A stretch of DNA of 62,344 nucleotides, filler included, from Aduncisulcus paluster (Eukaryota), in the NCBI GenBank assembly GCA_024181965.1. It is 7 parts of 7 records of this genome, joined end to end, with 100 filler letters (N's around TTAATTAATTAA, not from the genome) between each part and the next. Parts side by side here need not be neighbours in the genome. Positions count along the whole stretch, not along the records: positions 28,376 to 35,823 come from BQXS01011003.1; positions 35,924 to 50,723 come from BQXS01011004.1; 5 more parts are not named here. One strand, written 5' to 3'. Positions 30,214 through 41,700 of the stretch are shown piece after piece. Both the position numbers and the translations under genes were made by a program. Below the pieces are notes generated by a model that searched no databases, was not told the origin of the DNA, and was given only the letters and a program-made list of their open reading frames with translations. Within the stretch, counting starts at the first letter, position 1. Every line of letters begins with the position of its first letter.

Positions 30214-33200
30214 ATGGATTTAAAGTTTTTAGAGCCTGGATCTTCTCCAAAACGAGCTAAACATTTGTGTACATTTATTGAAAAAGCAACTGAAAAAGAA
30301 TTGGAAACAGTTTTCTCAAAACACCATTCGGAATGCTTTGACATTATCAGTGAAACCATGTCTGAATTATATCGTGCTAAAAAAGAAACAGGACAAAAAC
30401 ATAGCACATCAGAAACCATTAATTTACTCCCTATATTATCAATCTTATTTCAGCAATGTCAACCTCTCATTTCCCGTAAATGGCAAGCCAGACGGATTAG
30501 AAATACGTTATGTGAACTTATTAGTCCAAATAGAAAGCTCAGATTGCGAACAAAAGCCTTCCAAGTTCTGTTAGACTATGTTGATACTGTTGGATGCAGT
30601 CAAGTCGCAAGAGAACTTTCAACCGGTAGCACTATATCTATTTTACTTCATTCTTTGGGATTGGATACAGATATTATTGGTCCTCTTGGGCCTGGGAGTC
30701 CAGCCAATAATTCATCATATTCATGTCTTAGTGTTGATCGTTCGCTTCCATTTACCTCCATATTTATGACATGGATGGCTACTTCAAAGGATATTAAAGT
30801 TGTTAAAGAGAAATTTTATGTTTTCTGTCGAACTTTAGGTTTTATTTTTTTCCCAGATGCTGTCAGTGCTTGTGGTGTTGCCGATGAGCTTGTAATTGAT
30901 TCAATTGAGCCTGGATGGAAGAGCACTGATGATGGAAGTGAGAGATGTGCAATTCCTGAGCTTTTATTCGAACAGATTGTTTCTACGATATGCTGGTGGG
31001 TGTGTTGTTATGTGAGTTCTAATGAACAATGGAGCGAAGTCGAAGAGGCTGCTGCAGAGGTAGATAAGGTGAAGAAAGTTGAGAGGGAACGGCGGGCACA
31101 GGAAGCTAAAAGGAATGCATCTGGAAAGACAACTAGTGGTAGCAATCCTCAATCTAAAAATAGAATGGCAAACAGTGCAGGAATGACAACTGTTATTGTT
31201 GATGGGAAGAATGGTCGTCGGGCCACTGTTACTACCTCCCAGGCCTTATCAATGCATGGTGTTGATAAATCGTCCATGTCTCCCGGTATGTCTGGTTCCC
31301 CGACAACCACGAGTTCATCAGTCGATCTCTCGTTAAGTGTGTGGAAGAATGGTCTTGATAAGATGTTTACTATTCATAACAAACCCGAGTGGATGACATT
31401 TCTGCTTGCTTACTCCAGACATTCCTCGAATCGCTCAGTTGTGACAGGTAGCTCCTTGAAGGACACTGAAAAGGACAATATTGCGCATCTTGGCCGTCAG
31501 TGGCGTCGTATGAGTATATCATGGATCCGTAAACTATGCGACATGCCCTTGATCAAGGATAAGAAAACTCCTGTGTTCGGGAATCATGCCTATACTCCAG
31601 GAGAGAGCACTGCTGGTGCCTTCTTCCTTACAGATCCCTGTGGTTGCTCTTTTCTCCTCTCACTCCTCTCCCAGTGTCTCAGAGATTTAAACCCTGCCTC
31701 CCCATGCTACTCAACATGTGTGAACACGCTGGATGCCATTGTTCTTATGATTAACTATGAAGTGTATCGTGAGGGTGTGAAGAAACGAAGAGCTTCTACG
31801 TTCAATGCTGCTGGAAGAAGCACTAGATTATCATCCAGACCTGGACAGTTTGGTGGGGCTGGAAAGAAGAAAAGAGGGCTGGGAGTTGGTTCATCCTCTT
31901 CTCCAATGCACCATCGTGGAAGCAAAATGGGGTCGAGTGGAGCGATTGAGATGAAACCAAGGATTGCCGTGACGTATGGTTCACCCTCTTGTGCAAATCC
32001 TCCACTTCCTTCTCCTCACTATGTTGGAAGTGAGTGTATGTACGTAGACGAAATGGGTAAGAAGACCAAAAAACGTGTCGTTGAACCTCTATTTGGACTC
32101 AACACTTCTTCTCTGGTTGTGATTCCTGCTTATGTGTGTTCGTGTAAATTGAGTCTCCTTCATTCTCTATTCTTCCTCTTGTCCCTTACTCCTGGTGCGA
32201 CTGCCAGAGAAGGGAGCAGGATCACGATTCAAGGTAGTGTCAAAGGTAAGGATCATTCAGGATCATCATCTGGCTCCGCTATTTCTGGATCTATGGTTAA
32301 CGCTGCATCAACAAGCAATCCCATTCTTCCTTTGACTCTCATTATATTATTTAGGTTTGACATGCTCGCCTCACTTCCTCTTCATGTCACCAGTGCCATT
32401 GTTCTTTCTGTATGTTGTACTCGTGTGTGTCATCTTGTTAGTGGGGATGGAGGATACGATTACGCACACTACCTCAAGAAAAAGGAAGAACTCGCTGCCC
32501 AAGAGGCCTTTGAAAAGAAGAGGGAGAAGAAGAAGAAGCTTGATCAACAAACTGAAATCAAAGAAAAAATCGACAAGGATAACACCACTGGCAAAGGTCG
32601 AAGAAGAGGAGGGAAAGACAATAGCATATCAGACTCTATTTCTAAAGGATCTATTCGTCCCCACTTGTCTCCTTCATCTTCAACTTCATCTTTGGCTTCC
32701 ATGGTAGTGCCACGTCCACAGCCTTCTCTTGGCCTTTCCAGTCCCAATCACACGCCAATATTCTCATTTCCTTCTGGTTTCCGGGAGCATACTATTCGTC
32801 TCACCCTCACTCTCCCTATTCGTCTCTCCCTCTGTCTTCCACAGCTGTGGGACACTTTGGTTAGGATGATTAAGGTGAGAGAGGACGATATTGCTGTTGT
32901 AAAAGCCTGGACATGGTCGATTGGAATGGTATGTAAAGGAATAGGTGGAAAAAGAGAAGGAAAGATTAAAGCGATCATGGCTGGCGATAGCAGTCAGCAG
33001 GGAGAAAATGAACACCATGAGAGTTATATTTGGACAAGCGATATCAAGGAGGATTGTTTAAGATATGGCAGTGGGGATGATTCTGATGCAAAGGGTACAG
33101 GACAATCTAAACGGAGATCAAGTCGGGACATGTCGTTTGGATCCGTTTTGCCTGTTCCAACGGCTGGCCGGTCCAATCGACAGAACTCCCCAAGATCCAG

Positions 33201-35823
33201 ACTTGCTCANNNNNNNNNNNNNNNNNNNNCCCTATTCGTCTCTCCCTCTGTCTTCCACAGCTGTGGGACACTTTGGTTAGGATGATTAAGGTGAGAGAGG
33301 ACGATATTGCTGTTGTAAAAGCCTGGACATGGTCGATTGGAATGGTATGTAAAGGAATAGGTGGAAAAAGAGAAGGAAAGATTAAAGCGATCATGGCTGG
33401 CGATAGCAGTCAGCAGGGAGAAAATGAACACCATGAGAGTTATATTTGGACAAGCGATATCAAGGAGGATTGTTTAAGATATGGCAGTGGGGATGATTCT
33501 GATGCAAAGGGTACAGGACAATCTAAACGGAGATCAAGTCGGGACATGTCGTTTGGATCCGTTTTGCCTGTTCCAACGGCTGGCCGGTCCAATCGACAGA
33601 ACTCCCCAAGATCCAGACTTGCTCAGAACTCTGCCCATGTCTCTTCTGGTGGAGATTCTGACGATGACAGTGGGAGTTATCTGGCCATCCATCGCGGTGT
33701 TCTCGAGATGTTCAAAGGTGTCGCTTCCTCACGGGAACACAGCCGGCTTCCGCTTGTTGTGGAACGGATTGAGGATGAAAGTACTGTCGGTAAGAAATGG
33801 TGGAATAGAGCGAAGAAGAAGAAGACTGCTCAATATGTTCCGTTATCCCACGTTATTAGTGGAGTATATAGCATGTGTGAGGCTGTTCCTTTCCATGATA
33901 GTCTTGGGCATTCGACAGGTGATGTCACTTCTGTTGCTCATGGTGCACCAAGCTCCCTCCAACATTCGTCTTCCTCTGAGTTCACAGGATATACAGATCG
34001 AGAATTACATGACATCCGAGGAGTTCTCTGTGGGTGTACATATGGGAAAAAGACAAGGACAAGCACAGAGAGTGGTGAATGTGTTCGGTTTATCTCAGCT
34101 GAGGATTATGAGAGAAGTGTGGGTCAGTGGAAGGGAGAAGAGACCATTGAGGAACTCGTTGAAGATGAAGCTTTACTCACTCGGATGGGAGTTCGTGTGA
34201 ATGATGATAGTGTCTTCACATTCACTGCCACCTGGCTCACCCGTTCGATGTCTCCTTCTCCATCTTCCAGTCTTGATGAGAGTGATTCCTCTTCGATTCC
34301 CTCTCCTCCCGCTCGCAATCCCCCTCCACCTCCTTCTGATAAGCTTAGTCTTTCCGATATTCCTTCCTCCTCCTCCCCTCAGTCGCATCTTAGTTTGACT
34401 CTCCCCCTATCATCCAATGCCCCTCTGTCCTCCTCCTCTTTGGCCTCCCCTCCGTCTCCAGCTAAAGCTATGATCTCTCAGGGTGACGAGGGAGGTACGG
34501 ATGGTGGTTCTACTTCAACAATGTTTACTTCCCCTTTCTCTTCTCTTTGCATCGGTCTCGGTGGATCTATTGAAATACAACGATTCCCTTCACTCTGCTT
34601 TTTATTGTTCACCCTTACATCTCTCGTCAAACCTATATATTCCTCCGTCACATCAACGTCTGTTTCTGAAGTCAAGCATCCCATTGCTAAGAGTTGTATC
34701 CTTTCATTTGTATCCTCTGTCCTCACTTCATGTGGGGTATCTCCTGCCTGCATATTCAGCTATCTGGGGAAAGAGATGCACCAGGTGGCCGTGTGGGGTG
34801 GGGAAGTTGCTTGCGAGAGTGGAGCTCCTTTTTCTGCTACCTCCGCCAACAAGAATGAAATGCTGTTTCTCTCCAGCGCTCTTGGAGCCAGTGCCATGAT
34901 GCGATGTGCCAGTGAATCTGTCCAATGCACAAAGAAGGTGGTTCCAAACAGTAATTGTGCGGATTCTGACTTATTGTCTCCAAAGGAAACATCAGCAAGC
35001 TCTGCAGAGGGAAGTGGGAATGGCTTATTAGTGAAGTATGGGGACAGTGATCTTACGCCTGAACATGTCGCTATGCTTGTGGATGCCATCAGAAATGTGT
35101 GGTTGGTTGTGGAGCGAGATGAGGAACACAAACGAGAGAAAGAGGAGAGAGAGGAAGAAGGACAGGGTGGAGCAAGAGTCGGTGGCATTCATACGGACCA
35201 CAGAGGTTCCATTCCTTCTGGTCTTGAGTCCACTTCATCATCGGCAACCAATTCACTGAGTAATCTGCACGTATCATCCTCTACTTTCTTCTCTCTCCCA
35301 TCACACGTGCGTGTTCTCTCGTTGTTTTCTCTCCTCTCCTCTGCTGTTCAACTCTTATCCTTGGACATGTCTTCGCTGCTCTCTCTTATATATCCACTTC
35401 ATTCGGCTGCCCTGTGTGTTCTGGAAGATGTCCAACTCATGCACCATATAAATGGAACCCGCAGAAAGAAAGCTATATCATTTTCTGCATCAAAGAAGAA
35501 AAACACTAAATCAAAGCCCGGTATTCCTGGAGTTGAAGGCGTGAGACGTGACAGTGATATCTCCCTTCCTGCTTTTTCATCTGTATCAGGTGTGTCTGGT
35601 CATCACATTTCATCCCATGACGCTCAGGAGATTGTGGATTCGTATAAAATACTATCCGATGTTGAATATTATTATCTTATTCTGTGTGCAGCTGGTGTTG
35701 AGACGATTGTCCTTGGTCGCTGCCTTTCTATGCCTTTGCTTCATTCTGTTGCCTTCTCACATCACGACTCATATGCTGACATATGTGTGAGCTCCATCAA
35801 AGTCGCGTGTCATATTATGGTGG
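30214..35823 (+). CDS. Ral GTPase-activating protein alpha-subunit-like large protein (3'-truncated; contains a 416-bp artefactual duplication plus gap)
   Basis: The N-terminus KFLEPGSSPKRAKHLCTFIE...FSKHHSECF...LISRKWQARRIRNTLCELISPNRKLRLRTKAFQVLLDYV resembles the RalGAP-alpha N-terminus (RLKHL, RWQ, N-x-L-K-I-R pattern). The two track ORFs join in frame once 32814-33209 = 33230-33625 is collapsed. First ATG at 30214. Confidence 0.7.
32814..33625. repeat. Assembly artefact: identical 396-bp direct duplicate around a 20-N gap
   Basis: 32814-33209 is identical to 33230-33625. Confidence 0.9.
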
Positions 35824-35923
35824 NNNNNNNNNNNNNNNNNNNNNNNNNNNNNNNNNNNNNNNNNNNNTTAATTAATTAANNNNNNNNNNNNNNNNNNNNN
35901 NNNNNNNNNNNNNNNNNNNNNNN

Positions 35924-37175
35924 GAGTGGAAATGGCAACAGACTCAGAGATACACTCGCTTCCTCGCACGGACGTGTCAGGGGAGGAAGAGTGGGCAGAG
36001 CCAGTGGTCTCGTGTCCAGCTGAGGATGTCAGACCCTGGGACGATGTCGTATCCCATTTGGGAAGCTGGTCTATCGCACTGCCGCTGTACTGCATTGGTT
36101 GATGGGAAGACGTATCGCTACCAAAAGACGCTTGTTGCTGAGTTCCTTGGGGTGAAATGGAAGGGTGGTGCATAGAAGATTGTGTGAATGAGGGATGCTG
36201 AAGACCTCCGTGGAAAGAAGAGGGACCGCCAGAAGTGCCAGAGGAGGAAGAGGGAGACTTGGAAGTAGGCTGGTCAACACGAACAGGTTGAGACCCTGGA
36301 TGTATACTTTGTTGTCTCTCCGTCCATCCTCGGGCAGATTGTGATTGGGCACCCATGGGGAATTGCTTGAATATCTCTTCGTAACTCCCTGGACCTCGAC
36401 TATCCCTGGAAGGTTGATACCTAGACCGGGCAGATGCACTGAAGTGCTGATGATGAGCAGGAGATGTGGATAATGGGGAGATAGAGTCGAGGGAAGGCAC
36501 AGAAAAAGAAGGATGGGACAAGGACATTCGAGGTCCACACGAGGGTAATCCCTGGGAGGGAATGTGAGCGTATCGAGAGCCTCGGAATGAGTCATGGGAG
36601 GCAGAGACAGATTCATGGAGGAGGGGGCCAAAAGACGATTGACGGGGCTGTGACTTCATGTTTGAAGCAGGAGTAGCAAGACTTCCAGGCGCGCTATATA
36701 AGAAATGAGGATAAGAAGGTTGTGACGGATATGAAGGCGGCAGTGAAGATGGAAAAGTTGAAGAATGTGTGATAACACCAGTTGAATGAAGATGTTGATG
36801 AAGACTTTTGTACAAACTCACTTGATCATCAACAGATAAGCGTAGAGCCATCGACAAAAGCGAAGCAGGGGTGTGTCCAGAAGGATGAACATCCGGAGAA
36901 CTTTTAGATGAGGATGGGTGCGAAGAAGAAGGATTTTTTTGAAGTTTGTAAAGAGGATGGCGAGCTTTTTCAGCACCAATCAATTTTCCATTTATCGACG
37001 TATTATTGAGCTTTTCAATCGCCAGTGATTCTTGTTTAGGAGATTCATATTCTACAAAACAATAGTTCAATCCAGATTTCTTAGCAATTCGAACGATTTT
37101 TCCGAATGGTGCACAGTGAACCATAATATCATGTTCAGAAGTGTTAGGCGATAATCCATGAATAAAAACCACCAT
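35924..37175 (-). CDS. RRM-containing RNA-binding protein with a Ser/Pro/Gln-rich tail, 3'-truncated
   Basis: RNP2 VFIHGL and RNP1 NYCFVEY, followed by AIEKLNNTSINGKLIGAEKAR; the frame runs into the linker. Confidence 0.88.
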
Positions 37176-37731
37176 TAATTACCTCTATGAATGTCTGAAA
37201 GAAAACAGCCAAGGAAAAGATGGATTTCACACACATAATCAAATAATCAAAAAAAATTCAAGAGCTGAGGGGAATTTTTATTTTCTTTTAACTTCTTCTC
37301 AAACATGAATGAATATTTGTGCATGAAAACGGAACTTTGTGGGGATTCGAAAATTCATTTTTGATCATCAAAGAGAATCCATTCCCCTATTTTTCAGATT
37401 GCCCTAATTTCTTTCATTAACATATATAGGGAAGAGCAATAACAATTTTTAAATTCGCATCTTCCTCACTGATAAGCACTGCCCAAAAGTTGGTCACCAA
37501 CGTATTTATCAACCAAAATATTTATTGAAAACGGCTGCCTCTTTGAAAAGTAGGTAAAATGAAATTGATAATGAACAGGTGGATCGTTTTTCCATCGAAT
37601 AATCAGGAACTGTAAGTTGCATCTCGTTGTACTTTTGCAACGAGTGAATAAGCAAGAAATTATAAAAATAGGGGGGAAATAAAAACAGTTTTCATTATAA
37701 TAAATGGTGCAATATAATATTATCATTGATA

Positions 37732-39486
37732 TTATACTTTGAATTGAGTTGGTTTCATTTCTTCAGATACCTTTGGTGCAGCATAGAAATCAGCAGCTTT
37801 CTCCTCATCGTTCCTCATATCTATCCCTTCATCGGATGAGACGGAGAGTTCGATGGTCTCAACACGTTCATGGTGATACCCGCAGCACCCATCATTAACA
37901 AAGGGCAAGCCTTTCATGGGTAGGCCCATCTCTTTTATGAGCTTTTTCATACGGTGATCTCTAACTTCGGACACCGGGAGAATCATCAAGAAACCAACAA
38001 TATCTGAAAAGGGAAAGACCATCCAGCAGAGATCAACAGTGACATCGTCATAGTATTTCGATAAGATGATGAGGAGACCATAGAGGATTATATATTTGGA
38101 TAACAACCCGTACATGGCAAGTCCAAGACGGTTATCGGCTTGGAAATCGCCGGCGCAAACGACCGTCATGGCGTAGAAAGTCATTCCTGCACAAAGCACA
38201 CGAAGCATGGGAACACCAATCTCAACGAACTCATCAACATCCATGTCAGGGTCATCTTTAGCCAGGAAAGACTTAACAAGAGGTCCGGCAAAGATCTCAA
38301 CAAGGCAATCGAGGACAAGTGTCACAACAACGCAAAATACCTGTGACATGCGTTTAATTATGTAACTCTTGTTGTATTCCTTGGCACCCAGCAAGAATCC
38401 TTGGAGAGGCAGGAATCCTTGGAGGAAACCACCAGTGACGAACAAAAGGATCATGTAGAGCTTCATGCAGACACCAAACAGGGCGATATACATGTTAATG
38501 ACCGTTGATTTCTCGGTTTCATCGGTAATACCCTCACCGGCAAGAGGACAGACAACCAGATTCACAACAAGGACGGAGATTGCATTGCTTCCCAAGACTC
38601 CAAAGGGTCCAAGGCCCAAAGCAGGGATCTTTAACAGATACTGAGGAGTTGGAATGATGTTTCTCCAATGTAAACGAATTGAAGATTTCTTGACAAAGTG
38701 GTAAATGAGATAAACACCAGGGATTGTTTGTGAGATAACAGTCGAGATGGCAGCACCCTTTAATCCTAAATCGAAGCCAAATATCAAAATGGGGTCAATA
38801 ATAACATTAAGGATGGCGGCAGCAACTGAAAGGTTCATTCCAAGGATCATACTCCCATCAGCTCTGACTAAATTTCCACCGGAAGCCGACAATGTGTAAG
38901 CAAATGATCCAATGGCGATAATAGAAAGGTAATCAGCTGCAAGATCTTCGAGCGTTTCATCGGCACCAAAGGCACGAACGATGCTGAGAGCATTTGGGAC
39001 AATAAGAATAGGAGTCAGGATGGCGAGAACGACCCAATAAAAGACAACCGTTCCAAGAACACGTTCAGCATTCTCAAAATCACGGGAACCTAATAGTTTT
39101 GCAATCAGAGCAGAAGCACCAAAATTAAAAACTGCACCCACACCCCAAATCAATAGTTGTTCAATAGGAAAGGCAATTCCAATTGCAGAAAGAGCAGTAG
39201 AACTATATCTACCCACATAAATTGAATCAATTGTTGAATAAATTCCTCCAACAATGACTCCCACGATACTTGGGAATGTAACCCTAAAAAGAAGAGGTAT
39301 CAAAGGATGACTAGCAACCTCTTCCTCCAAAAGAGATTTAGCCCTCCTTCTTGTGGTTCCTCTCTTTGGAACGTCGTAAGAAATACCTTCACTGAGTGAT
39401 TGGGATCTAGATCGGGAAGAACGAGTCATTTCAATATTTCTATTGCTTTTGGAGGATGTTATTTTTGTATTATTTGTTGAAACCAT
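37732..39486 (-). CDS. MATE family efflux transporter (bacterial MepA-like)
   Basis: IYSTIDSIYVGRYSSTALSAIGIAFP and LNVIIDPILIFGFDLGLKGAAISTVISQ motifs; about 12 TM helices. Confidence 0.92.
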   Translation of the reverse strand: MVSTNNTKITSSKSNRNIEMTRSSRSRSQSLSEGISYDVPKRGTTRRRAKSLLEEEVASHPLIPLLFRVTFPSIVGVIVGGIYSTIDSIYVGRYSSTALSAIGIAFPIEQLLIWGVGAVFNFGASALIAKLLGSRDFENAERVLGTVVFYWVVLAILTPILIVPNALSIVRAFGADETLEDLAADYLSIIAIGSFAYTLSASGGNLVRADGSMILGMNLSVAAAILNVIIDPILIFGFDLGLKGAAISTVISQTIPGVYLIYHFVKKSSIRLHWRNIIPTPQYLLKIPALGLGPFGVLGSNAISVLVVNLVVCPLAGEGITDETEKSTVINMYIALFGVCMKLYMILLFVTGGFLQGFLPLQGFLLGAKEYNKSYIIKRMSQVFCVVVTLVLDCLVEIFAGPLVKSFLAKDDPDMDVDEFVEIGVPMLRVLCAGMTFYAMTVVCAGDFQADNRLGLAMYGLLSKYIILYGLLIILSKYYDDVTVDLCWMVFPFSDIVGFLMILPVSEVRDHRMKKLIKEMGLPMKGLPFVNDGCCGYHHERVETIELSVSSDEGIDMRNDEEKAADFYAAPKVSEEMKPTQFKV

Positions 39487-39731
39487 GTAACAAAAACAAT
39501 AATATCTTCAGAAATCAGAAGATCAGTGGGTTCAAATTTGTTGGGCAAATTAATCGCAAATTATTGCAGAATTACGACAATGAACAAATGATATAACAAT
39601 CATAAGAGAGGTTAAAAGTGAAAAATAGTTTATTTATTTCATTAAATAAATGAAAAAATTAAAGAATATTGAGATAACAGCCGAAAAAAAAAAATAGATA
39701 AAAAGGAAAGCAAAAAATATATATTCACTAT

Positions 39732-41063
39732 TTATCGAACAAATCTTCTATCATAAGTCGGAATATGTGGTGAAGCATCGTAATCTTCTTTTGCATATGG
39801 GTTCTTTTGCATTGGGTCAATTCCATCATCCATCGTGGAACTATAACTTGGGGAATAACTATATGAATATGATGAATACTCGGAATATGGTCCATCGTCC
39901 CAATCACCTTCCTGTCGACGTCTAGTTCTCTCCTTTTTCCAATGTAGGAGTTCTTTCGTTCCAGATGAAGTCAAAAGGTCCAAAAATGCGTCATCTCCGG
40001 GACTGATTGGGAAACATTGAGGGACTTCGAGATGAGATTCCCACAATAACATATTAAGGATGAATAACCCAGGATAATGTTCGGCGACATAAATAAGACG
40101 GCGCCGAGAACGTCTTGATTCTCTCCAGAGTAAAAATAAGCTCAAAGAGCAGCATGTTCCACAGAAATTTTCCTTGGGAATAACTTCAATGAGTTGTGAC
40201 CGTGAGAAGTGTCGAGGAGACTTTAATCTGAATATACGTGCTAATTTAAGCATATCCTCCCAATCCATCAGTCTAGGCTGTGGTATTTTCTCAGGGAATG
40301 GTATTTTTGTGTGAAGATGTGATAAGATGAGACTCATAGGAGGATGGGCACTGCATGAATGACGATGAAGGGAAAGACAACATTGAGGGGCAACATAAAG
40401 AAATAATTTACGATCATTTAATAAAGATGAATTCAAATGGGCACAAAATAATGCGAGTTTAGATACGTATGCGAGAGGATCTTGCTTGGCAATAGAATAT
40501 TCGGGTTTAGTGAAAATATATAAGATTACAGAAAATATGATACAAATAATACTTCCAAAGGCAAAACAAAGGGAAAATATACGCAAAATTTTGAAAGAAA
40601 CCAAGACTAGAAAAAGAAACAAACAAACAAGGGATAATACGATAAATATCTGTACTTGAACACTGATACTACGAAGCCATGTATTGTTACTTCGTTCGAC
40701 TGTATCTGAAGCAAAGGTTGTTATTGAATTCATGATGAAGTAGAATTCCTTCCTTGATAATTTTAATTTTTTTGTATTATACTCTAAATCTCGCATTTCT
40801 AAGAATTCAAGAGGAAATTTAAAGGACAAAGGGACACTTCTTTGTATTAGGGGAATCATAATACTATTGGAAGGGATGGAAGGCTCATATTTCCCTGTAG
40901 AATATTGAAATAAATATTTTCGCGGATTAGAAGAGATGTCATATCCGATTCCAGTGCCAATCATTGGTTGGAATACATTTTTAGATTGCGGATAGGCATC
41001 TGGATTGAAATTCGGATTAATAATAGGTGGGAGTTGCATGGGGTGTCCAATAGGAGTGGACAT
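39732..41063 (-). CDS. Hypothetical two-TM protein, possibly Erf4/GOLGA7/CHIC-like
   Basis: FKFPLEFLE...LSRKEFYFIMNSI precedes a hydrophobic hairpin and LN-x-x-L-x-x-x-R-x-L follows it, resembling the Erf4 family layout. The ORF is clear but the family call is weak. Confidence 0.55.
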   Translation of the reverse strand: MSTPIGHPMQLPPIINPNFNPDAYPQSKNVFQPMIGTGIGYDISSNPRKYLFQYSTGKYEPSIPSNSIMIPLIQRSVPLSFKFPLEFLEMRDLEYNTKKLKLSRKEFYFIMNSITTFASDTVERSNNTWLRSISVQVQIFIVLSLVCLFLFLVLVSFKILRIFSLCFAFGSIICIIFSVILYIFTKPEYSIAKQDPLAYVSKLALFCAHLNSSLLNDRKLFLYVAPQCCLSLHRHSCSAHPPMSLILSHLHTKIPFPEKIPQPRLMDWEDMLKLARIFRLKSPRHFSRSQLIEVIPKENFCGTCCSLSLFLLWRESRRSRRRLIYVAEHYPGLFILNMLLWESHLEVPQCFPISPGDDAFLDLLTSSGTKELLHWKKERTRRRQEGDWDDGPYSEYSSYSYSYSPSYSSTMDDGIDPMQKNPYAKEDYDASPHIPTYDRRFVR

Positions 41064-41112
41064 AAATGTTAAATTGATTTTTATAACTAATCAAGAAAAA
41101 GTTGCTCTGTTG

Positions 41113-41540
41113 GGATTCTTTGATTCAATCAAACCGAGAAAAATCAATGTATTGCCAAAAAAAGGAAGTTGCACGGTGAATTTTACAATAATAGTACATT
41201 GGATCATCTTTCCATAGCATGTCCATTAGAAAAATCTCCATCATCCAATATTTCCAGTTTTACATCAGGAGTTATCGATCTGGATGTTTTCAAACAAAAG
41301 TGAAGTTCATTTTGCGNNNNNNNNNNNNNNNNNNNNGGATTCTTTGATTCAATCAAACCGAGAAAAATCAATGTATTGCCAAAAAAAGGAAGTTGCACGG
41401 TGAATTTTACAATAATAGTACATTGGATCATCTTTCCATAGCATGTCCATTAGAAAAATCTCCATCATCCAATATTTCCAGTTTTACATCAGGAGTTATC
41501 GATCTGGATGTTTTCAAACAAAAGTGAAGTTCATTTTGCG
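41113..41540. repeat. Assembly artefact: identical 204-bp direct duplicate around a 20-N gap
   Basis: 41113-41316 is identical to 41337-41540. Confidence 0.9.
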
Positions 41541-41700
41541 ATTCGTCGCAGTGCGACCGTCGTAAAGCTTAGAAAATATTTACTTTAGAAATTTCTTAAA
41601 TTACTAAAACTAAATAAAAATCGTTGGGGACCCGCTTTATTTGATTTTACTGGAATTCCGGTTTTGTCTCAATTAACCTTATATTTGGAGTCAGATAAAA

